Assembly (NCBI GenBank): GCA_037379345.1
Contig: CM074521.1
Coordinates: 35,922,704-35,986,703 of the forward strand
DNA: 64,000 nt
Direction of reading: 5' to 3'
Source: Perna viridis
Lineage: Eukaryota
Below the pieces are notes generated by a model. The model had not been told where the DNA came from. It saw only the letters and a program-made list of their open reading frames with translations, and searched no databases. Shown piece after piece: positions 54,463-64,000 of the stretch. The first letter of the stretch is position 1. Every line of letters begins with the position of its first letter. The translations under genes and the position numbers were made by a program.

Positions 54463-56172
54463 ACCTACCCTCCATGTCAAGTGGTACACTAAAGAAGTTT
54501 AATGCAATATTGATCAGGGGCTTATGTCACACAACAAATAATTGATCACAGCGGACCATGTAACTTTTAAGCCAACAAGATCTGGTCATTCCAAACCTGA
54601 AGTAGTTCCCAACCCTTCATAAAGGAAACCAATGTTCTAAGTCTGTGACATTGATTTCTCAATTATTATACACTGATAAAGCAGTTTAATTTTTGTCAAA
54701 GCACGTACAATGATAACAATTAAAACTTTTCACAGATATTGAAGATCAGAAGTACTACAAGAAATATAATTGGTTTGGAAACTACAGACCGATTCTATAG
54801 CATTGATTCTCAGTCAATCTTATTGTGACAAACTCATTATCTCCCATCAGGGATCAATCACAATGGCCATTTTATGCAAACAGTTGTGCATTCAATTTGC
54901 ATAACAATAAATTCTGCTATTTCCATGCATTGAACATGTAGCAATAAACAATTCTCATGAGACTTCACGGATTACATTAAATTTTGACTTTTTTTTTTTA
55001 AATTAGATAGAAAAATTCTGAATTCTTTATCAGTAACTAAGTTAAAACCTCAAAATTAAAAGATGTTCAAATTCTCCCTACCTTGCTGTTATTGGCCAAG
55101 TCTGAGATGTTAGTCCATACAAAAGACATGATGTAATATTGGATAACAAATAGTCTCTGCAGTAGAAAGATGTTGACAAAAAATCGTTCCCAAAGTAAAA
55201 GGATGTCGAAGATGAGCACGTAACAAATAAATATTGCCCATCCAAGTAATGACTATGGTCAGGCAAAATAAGACCAGGATTTCTGGTCTAGCATTTCCTT
55301 TACTTAATAACTTAATTATCTTAAGTGTCGTCCATATGCTTTTCTTTTTTATCTGACTTAAGCCCAAATTCATATGTCCATTACACATATAATCTCTTAT
55401 CAATGCATTTTCAATTATTTTTTCCCCATTATATCTAATTATTATACATCAAGCCCTGATATCGTTGTGCATTTATTATGATATAAAAACCATAAGAAAA
55501 TTTAGTGGTATGCACATATTGAATATCTATTATACACATAAATTAATCTCACAAGAGGATTATCAAAATGCCATCTTAAGATGAGCCACAGTTCCTGTTT
55601 AAAATCCTTGTTGTAAGGTGGACTATGAATTTAATTGTTTTTATGTAAATATTGTAATTAAAACAATGGTCTAGACACCTTCAGTGTCATTCTGGTTTTA
55701 TTTCATGTCTGTATTTTAGATTCAACTCACTTAACTCAGAAAGAATTATGTCTTTCTAATGTAATTTTTTTTCTGTTTCTAACAAGAAATATTAGAGCAA
55801 CTTGACTTTATAAGGACCAGGCTGAAGTTGAATGAATGGTTTTCTCCAAAATATAGATCAGTATACAAAAAGGAGTACAGTGATGTAAAAGTATGGCCTT
55901 TGTAAACAGAGAAGTAGAATTTATTCAGTGAATATTTTATCACAATTGACAGTGTCTGTATTTTATACGGATTGGCACTAAATACAACATAGTGTATGGA
56001 ACATGATATATGAAGGCATACAGATGTAGAGAGGAAATTGCAAATGAGGAACTTTTTGAATTTCAAATATAACAAGAAATTTGTGAGCGATGGCTCATTA
56101 ATGCTTTCAATCACCATATTTGGAAAATAAACAAAGTCCTCAGAAAACACAAATACATCAAACTTTTCTAAA

Positions 56173-58012
56173 AATGAATCCCACCATACAGCATACCTAC
56201 AGGAAGAATGAATCCCACCATATGGCAAACCTACAGGAAGAATGAATCCCACCATACAGCATACCTACAGGAAGAATGAATCCCACAATATGGCATACCT
56301 ACAGGAAGGATGAATCCCACAATATGGCATACCTACAGGAAGAATGGATCCCACCATATAGTATACCTACAGGAAGAATGAATCCCACAATATGGCATAC
56401 CTACTGGAAGAATGGATCCCATCATATAGTATACCTACAGGAAGGATGAATCCCAACATATAGCATACCTACAGACAGGATGAATCCCAATATACTGCAT
56501 ACCTACAGGAAGGATGAATCCCACCATATGGCATACCTACAGGAAGAATGATTCCCAACATAGAGTATACCTACAGGAAGGATGAATCCCACCATATAGC
56601 ACACCTACAGAAAGGATGAATCCCACCATATGGCATACCTACAGGAAGGATGAATCCCAACATAGAGTATACCTACAGGAAGGATGAATCCCAACATAGA
56701 GCATACCTACAGGAAGAATGAATCCCATCATACAGCATACCTACAGGAAGGACAAATTCCACTATAGGGCATACCTACAGGAAGAATGAATCCCACCATA
56801 CAGCATACCTACAGGAAGAATGAATCCCACCGTAGGGCATACCTACAGGAAGAATGAATCTCAACATATAGCATATGTACAGGAAGGATGAATCCCACCA
56901 TACTGCATACCTACAGGACGGATGAACCCCACCATACAGCATACCTACAGGAACAATGAATCCCACTGTAGGGCATACCCATAGGAAGGATGAATCCCAC
57001 GTTACGGCATACCTACAGGAAGGATGAATCCCAGCGTACGGCATACCTACAGGAAGGATGAATCCCACAATATGGCATACCTACAGGAAGAATGGATCCC
57101 ACCATATAGTATATCTACAGGAAGGATGAATCCCACAATATGGCATACCTACAGGAAGAATGGATCCCACCATATAGAATACCTACAGGAAGGATGAATC
57201 CCACAATATGGCATACCTACAGGAAGAATGGATCCCATCATATAGTATACCTACAGGAAGGATGAATCCCAACATATAGCATACCTACAGACAGGATGAA
57301 TCCCAACATACTGCATACCTACAGACAGGATGAATCCCACCATATGGCATACCTACAGGAAGGATGAATCCCAACATAGAGTATACCTACAGGAAGGATG
57401 AATCCCACCATATAGCACACCTACAGAAAGGATGAATCCCAACATATTGCATACCTAAAGAAAGGATGAATCCTACCATATGGCATACCTACAGAAAGAA
57501 TGAATCCCAACATATTGCATACCTACAGAAAGGATGAATCCCACCATATGGCATACCTACAGGAAGGATGAATCCCAACATAGAGCATACCTACAGGAAG
57601 AATGAATCCCATCATACAGCATACCTACAGGAAGGACAAATTCCACTATAGGGCATACCTACAGGAAGAATGAATCCCACCATACAGCATACCTACAGGA
57701 AGAATGAATCCCACCGTAGGGCATACCTACAGGAAGAATGAATCTCAACATATAGCATATGTACAGGAAGGATGAATCCCACCATACTGCATACCTACAG
57801 GAAGGATGAACCCCACCATACAGCATACCTACAGGAACAATGAATCCCACTGTAGGGCATACCCATAGGAAGGATGAATCCCACGTTACGGCATACCTAC
57901 AGGAAGGATGAATCCCAGCGTACGGCATACCTACAGGAAGGATGAATCCCACTGTATGGCATACCTACAGGAAGAATGAATCCCACCATAAAGCATACCT
58001 ACAGGAAGAATG
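56173..58012. repeat. 34-bp minisatellite, about 54 units
   Basis: Unit approximately GAATCCCACCATATGGCATACCTACAGGAAGGAT, with an internal block duplicated at an 884-bp (26-unit) offset. Confidence 0.97.
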
Positions 58013-59934
58013 TGTTAAAGCTACTGTGAAGAGTAGTTGCTGAAAAAACTGATAGAAAAAATTGTTACAGCTGGAAACACAAACAAGGATAACACAGTTT
58101 ACCCCCACCATCCTTCAGAGATGGGATACAGATATCAAGGATCTTCTGAATCTCAGTAACATACTTTCAAGGATCACATTATTATATTAAAACAAAATAG
58201 TTCAGGACAGTTGAGCCTCTGAATTCTTTATAGGATTTCTTATAAACAATGTATACCAGCAACAATGTATCACATTTTTCTTTAAAGTTAAAAGGTAACT
58301 ATCCATAATTGATCTAAACATGTTATAACATGAAGCTGTATGCATTGTTATGTTGGGTATTTTGGAAGTTGAAATCTGACAGCAATTCAAGTTGCTAACT
58401 ACGTCTATATAAAGCAATGAACCAAAACTGAAATCAATTCATTCATTGAGAGTCAATCTATTGGGATGAAATTTGGACAAAAAGATGGTTCCACTATACC
58501 ATTCGACATTGCAAAGCAAGTGTCTCACTGCTCCTGATCATACAACAATCAATAACCTTGTTTTTTAATGGTCTTGAAAATGATAACCTTCATTTAATTA
58601 AAGTGCTATATTAAATTCTAATAATTAAAAAGGGTATATAGTATATCATGTGGGTCAAATGTTCTCATATATCTATGTATTCAAATTTCATTGATCCTTT
58701 AGAGATATATTTTATGAATTTGATGAGCTCTTTAAACTAGAACTATTTTCATTTACAGCAATATTCAGTATAATAAATCTTGTATTGACATTTCTTTTTG
58801 CTTTAAATGAAGATTCATTTCAATCTTTTTCAATACCCTTTACCACAATATAATTCATAAGGCACTGAATTCTTGAATCTTTACAACAGAGATTATTCTA
58901 AATTTAAATTCAACACCCTACATTAAACCAAAAGTACACATCGTTAAAAATCATTTGACCATTGAGTTGTAGATGTTCAATAAAGGTACAAAGATAAAGA
59001 GTTGTAATTCGTCCTGACCAATTTCAATCTGGTTCCTTGTTTAAATTATCAGTAGAATGAATAAGAGTAAATATTGACTCATATACTTAGTGAGCCTATA
59101 TGGTTGTAGTTTATAGTTGTATAGTAAACGGACAAACATTTACATTCTCCTGCTATGGTAAATAAAACTTTCACTGGTGATAGGAAATATAACTCTCTAT
59201 AGAATTCAGATAGGAAGAATTAATAAATAAAGTTAGATAGCGTCACACCCATTGCCAAAAATGGCCTTGTGAATTGTCAAGACACAATATAATAGGCATC
59301 TGATAACAGGGTTTTACATTTTTTAGATAAAATTTCACACAGTGTGGTTTTAGAACAACGATGTATGTCTTAAATTTTCATAATTAAACTCAAACCTGCA
59401 CTTAAACAACAATAAACTGTACTTTATACATCACTTATTAGAATTACAAATTAAGTTTTGGATAGTAAGATAAGCTGAGATTACTCCCTTTTTTTCAAGG
59501 CTATAGATATTGGAACCAGGGACACCCATGCTCACATACTTACATCTACAGAGATAAAGTGTAAAAACTGGCATTTTAAAATTTTTATCAGCATTAAACA
59601 TCAGTCACTTTGTTACAAATTCAGTCAAAAATTCAACAAAAATCAATAAAGGTTTTCTTATTGATCGTTGAAATACAAAAAAAGATTGCATTCTTAAAAA
59701 CATGTGAAGTAACTTAGGGAAGAAATAGAAGCTGTCTATCTGAGTTAATTTATCATATTTGTATCTCCATGTTACTTCTCCATGTTTCTCCTCAATAACA
59801 TTATCAATTATACGACTTAGTTATCTTATAAATACTTCCTACTACTGATTGTCATTTAAGGGAAAATATCAAAATACAAAACTTACAGAAATAATACAAG
59901 TTTTGGTATGCTGTAAACATGCTTCAAGGTAAAA

Positions 59935-60121
59935 GAATGTTCAAGAGAACCATGAATGTAGCGAAAATGAAAAGAATATAATCGAGGGACAAAGACCGGA
60001 CAGGGAAATTAGACACACATTATAAACACCACAAAATAACCAAAATAATATGTATAAAGCAAACTCTGATTGCACTAAAAACTGTAAGCATGGACCAGGT
60101 GCACTGGTAGGGTAAGCATCC
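59935..60121 (-). mobile_element. Interspersed repeat fragment, copy 2 (more diverged)
   Basis: Minus strand ggatgcttaccctaccagtgcacctggtccatgcttacagtttttagtg matches 22498-22547, and similarity continues through ggtctttgtccct. Confidence 0.7.
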
Positions 60122-63100
60122 AATCCTTTCATAGCAGCATAGGAACCAAATACTATGAAGTTGGGAAATCCAAAATGAAGTAGTAAAAAAAATATCAAAA
60201 CAGAATGTAAAATCCAGAGAAGTTCTTCAATGTGCAAGGAATGAAGCCTCAGTGTTCTAGAGCTCTTGAATTAGACAGGGAAAGTTACATTTGAAAGATC
60301 TGTTGTAGTGAAGTAATTTTCATGTATATTTTACAGTATAAAGCAGATTATAATTAGAATTGTTGAGCACTGGTTAGTATACAAATTAATTAAATCAAAG
60401 TACTCATGTACTGAATCAAACTAAAGCCACAATCATTGAAATAAACCATGCCCTTAGATACATGTCACTCTCAAATAGCTACATTCCTTGATTGATAAGC
60501 TATACAGCTCAAGTCCTACAAGTTATCACTTAGACACCTGTGTGTCATGTAAAAGCGCTTAGTTTCTGGGCACCTAATTCAAGAGTCATGCCCATACATT
60601 AACATAAACACCAAAGTCTTAGAAATAAACAGTTATTAGTGAGGTTTGTATTGTATTGTTGTTAATACACACCAAATTTAGTTCGCAGTAAAAGTGGTTT
60701 ATTGGGTTTGTTAATTGGCGTAAATAGCACAGAATTAAATATGACAAATTAAAAATACCCATTAAGTGGACCCAACTATCTGTATTTGAATTTTAATGGG
60801 TCATGCCAGTGGACTATTTTCCTGCGGTAGTGTAAGATAATTTCAGATGCTAACAGGCTTTACAAATCTAAAGGCTCTGGTGACTGCTATATCTATTCTG
60901 ATCTTCAATCTAAATTGATAAAAATCAATAGTTTGTCAGTAACTCTCATGGAAGACAATGTGAAAACCATCTGGTACTCTTATGTACTTCCAGAACAACA
61001 TTTCTGTTGTAGGATTAGTATGTGGAGAAAAAGTGGTATGGTCAACTTTGGTTTGTCAGACAGTGGGAGAACATCATGAATATATTTTAATATGCATGAA
61101 TTTGAAGATCAAAATTGTGATATATTTCGTTGTACAAAGCAAAAACATGCAACATGTACAGTAAAAAACATATCATTGTACCATGTTTGGTCATTAAAAG
61201 CAACCCACCAGAATTCAGTTTTCAGTGTTGATGCCCCTGCAAGGAAGATCACATGACTAATATGATGCCTATCCTTATGGCAATAATTCTCATGTTTCCT
61301 TACTTTCACAAAGTAAGACCGAATACTTGTAATTAGAAATATTTGAGAATACTATAAGAAAGGAGTGGGTGGGATAAGAACTATTAATGGGTCTCAAAAG
61401 ACACACACTGTAAAGATACATATGTTTTTGTTGATTAAATCTCACCTTATTGATGAAACACGACTGTCATGAAAGTCAAACAGTATCTTATATTTTGCCC
61501 AAAGGACCTGCTATCATTTTCCAGATTTAAAAAAAATAGTTCATTTGAATGTAGGTCTATTAAATTCTAAACAAACATATTGACTTTTCTTGGTGAAAAG
61601 GAATGTTTAGGTGGAAATCTCAAGAAAATTATTAGGAGACTTTTTATTGCCACTTAATAAATTGCAGGAATAAGGTTCACTGCACACTTACACAATATGA
61701 TACATTGTCATGCTAGGTATACTCAAACTCATACTGCAAGTTGATATCTGACATTAATATAAAGGCACATACCAAATTTCAAATCAATCCATCAATTAGG
61801 GTTTAATATGAATATAACGACATTTATAGTGACATAATAAAAGATGGATGCAGTTATGGACTGATAAACAAGGTGACTGCAATATACCATCCACTCCTAG
61901 AGTATAGTTATATCATGGAAGTTTAATGAAGGAATGAAAAACATTGGAGCATTGACATTTTAGAAGCAATGCTCAAAGAGACAGATTAAAGTAAGTTTTA
62001 AAATCCCAAGTTTGTTAGACCGAACCTTAAAACTAACAACAGTTTAATCAGACAGGGAATCATATTGCTTCTAAGAATGTACTAAAGGTTAAAGACATTG
62101 TAGTTCTCTCTAGAGGTTAACCTTATATGGCTAAGGATCAAAACATCACAGTATAACATAGACTGGGGACGGCGTCTGATTTAATGAGGGAACAGGATAC
62201 ACGGTATTGAAGATGTAATAATGCTAGCATAGACAACATATTTTCTGTTTTATTCTATAGAGACGAGGACAGCCATTGATGTAGGAGACTAACATCAATG
62301 GTGAATCTTAGAACTTCAACGTCTTTAGGCTAAATAGAAATAAAAACTGATGTGTGTGCATGCGTGCGTGCGTGTTGAAAAAGAAGGGAGATAATTGTTA
62401 CTACTTGTACATAAAAAATACATTTAAAGGCAATGTCACCATGCCAATTTCCAATTTAAAAGCAAAATCTTCTACAAGAGCAAATGTATTGATCGAAGGT
62501 TAAAGGCTGAAACAGATTAAAACAACATGAACAATAATTCCTAGAGGCATATACAACAACATCTTTCCAAAAACACAATGTCATATTTCACTTAGAAATA
62601 TGGATAATTTTTCATCCTCAGCAAGTCATCATAGCTGTAAACCACCGATTGTAAACCAGTGATGACTTCTGTTTATTGATTATATCACACTAAAGAGGAC
62701 ATCTATCTCCATGGTACAATCTATCCCACAGCCATCGAAAAAGTTTACAAAATGCATTTCTTTTGTTACAAAGGAGAAAAGTGAGAATTCTTGTTGTTAA
62801 AAGATAAATCTGAATTCTTCACACTGCACTATGGAATCTATTCAAAACATTCATTTAGATCATGCTTTGAAAAGTGCAGAGAATGACTGAACAAGAAAAC
62901 TCAACATCACTGTCAACCTCTATTAGGCAAGAACAAGAGATGCAATGATTTTAATAGAATTTTATAAGTTTCTAGATTTATCATGATGTGACAAAATTTT
63001 CATAGAAACCAACTAAAATTAGCTTGAAGGCCTAAATCATATGTGAATTTAGAAGTCACTTGAGTAAACAGGGGGTTGTTGTGTGACTAGGGGCAAAAAA

Positions 63101-63171
63101 AGTCACACGTGACCCTACCTGTATGCAATTTCAAACCAATCTATGCATCATAAAAATCTAGCAGTAAGAAC

Positions 63172-63438
63172 TACTACAGCCTATAAAATCCTTGATTAAA
63201 GGCCTCCAGTGAAGAGATACTACAGCCTATAAAATCCTTGATTAAAGGCCTCCAGTGAAGAGATACTACAGCCTATAAAATCCTTGATTAAAGGCCTCCA
63301 GTGAAGAGATACTACAGCCTATAAAATCCTTGATTAAAGGCCTCCAGTGAAGAGATACTACAGCCTATCAAATCCATGATTAAAGGCCTCCTGTGAAGAG
63401 ATACTACAGCCTATATGATCCTAAATCACTAGCCTCCA
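63172..63438. repeat. 46-bp tandem repeat, 5 units plus a diverged interrupted sixth
   Basis: tactacagcctataaaatccttgattaaaggcctccagtgaagaga; units start at 63172, 63218, 63264, 63310, 63356 and 63402. Confidence 0.95.
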
Positions 63439-63668
63439 CTCTACGCGTTGGTGTATTCCCAAATAGAGTGGGGAAACACTCTCGGATCAATGTGGGGTCT
63501 GAGAGTAAGCTAGCCCCTAGTAGGACATACTCTGAGTTCTTCAGTCACATATCCCAAAGGCTGGGCTTTGCTACCTCCAACTACTAACAGACATCTTCTA
63601 ACACAATTCCTGCAAGGGGCCGTCATGCGAGATCCGCAAGGATAGTCAAGACGGTATAAACCACCAAT
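63439..63668 (+). mobile_element. 230-bp structured retro-insertion within the last unit of a tandem array
   Basis: Flanked by direct repeats CTAGCCTCCA (63429-63438 and 63669-63678). Removing it restores a diverged 46-bp unit. Ends in a SINE-like tail gacggtataaaccaccaat. Confidence 0.7.
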
Positions 63669-63877
63669 CTAGCCTCCAGTGAAGAGAGCTACTACTGCAC
63701 CTTCATGACTTTTGACCTTCAAAGCTTAATTCATTAAACTTTAAAATTCTGTCTAAAACTAATAATGGATTCAGACCTTGGACAATGAATAAAATACATG
63801 TAAGCTAAAATCTGTTGAAGTATTAGATGTAACACATGGCACTATACTACAGAAATGAGATAGAAATATTTGCTCAC

Positions 63878-63898
63878 CTGATCTTCTTTGCCAACAAT
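63878..63898 (-). CDS. shep: Candidate 21-nt symmetric microexon (IVGKEDQ in phase 0)
   Basis: Long T tract plus ttgcag acceptor and strong donor CAG|gtgagc; length is a multiple of 3 with no stop in phase 0. Confidence 0.5.
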
Positions 63899-64000
63899 CT
63901 GCAAATAAAAAAAATATTAAGTTCAAGATTTTTGTCAATTGGTATCATACTATTTTCAACATCAATGCTATATAAAGTCTAAGATCAATGATATAATATT

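Noticed and set aside
55779-57952. ORFs 55779-56255, 56775-57068 and 57659-57952
   Set aside because: These are translations of the 34-bp repeat and its AT-rich flank; the unit is not a multiple of 3, and the identical peptides reflect the 884-bp duplication.
56173-58012. CRISPR-like look (constant repeat with variable segment)
   Set aside because: Variable parts are only about 8 nt, related and recurrent. There are no cas genes and the context is a eukaryotic intron. It is a minisatellite.
63538-63544. CUGAAGA hammerhead core motif on the minus strand of the structured insert
   Set aside because: No stem II followed by GAAA and no compatible cleavage triplet.

Overview
AT-rich, strongly CpG-depleted animal genomic DNA; the repeat content suggests a bivalve mollusc, probably oyster-like (inference). 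The window is almost entirely intron of one large minus-strand gene, an alan shepard (shep)/RBMS (MSSP) family RRM RNA-binding protein. Three firm coding exons (15805-15965, 5824-5882, 5488-5579) splice in frame to give RRM1; the RRM2 exons were not found and must lie beyond position 1. Upstream of the common phase-0 exon are several candidate 5' modules: two ATG-containing first exons with very different N-termini (48951-49019, PY-NLS-like; 25451-25624, mitochondrial-presequence-like), a possible non-coding leader, a 21-nt in-frame microexon, a 20-nt frameshifting microexon and AG|GT recursive-splice-like sites. An alternative donor would add [12 protein letters not shown] after RRM1. The introns also hold two target-site-duplicated, highly structured retro-insertions, a CpG-rich element with interleaved helices, SINE/MITE/Helentron-type remnants and many tandem repeats, including a 1.8-kb 34-bp minisatellite. 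Nearly all supplied ORFs look spurious.
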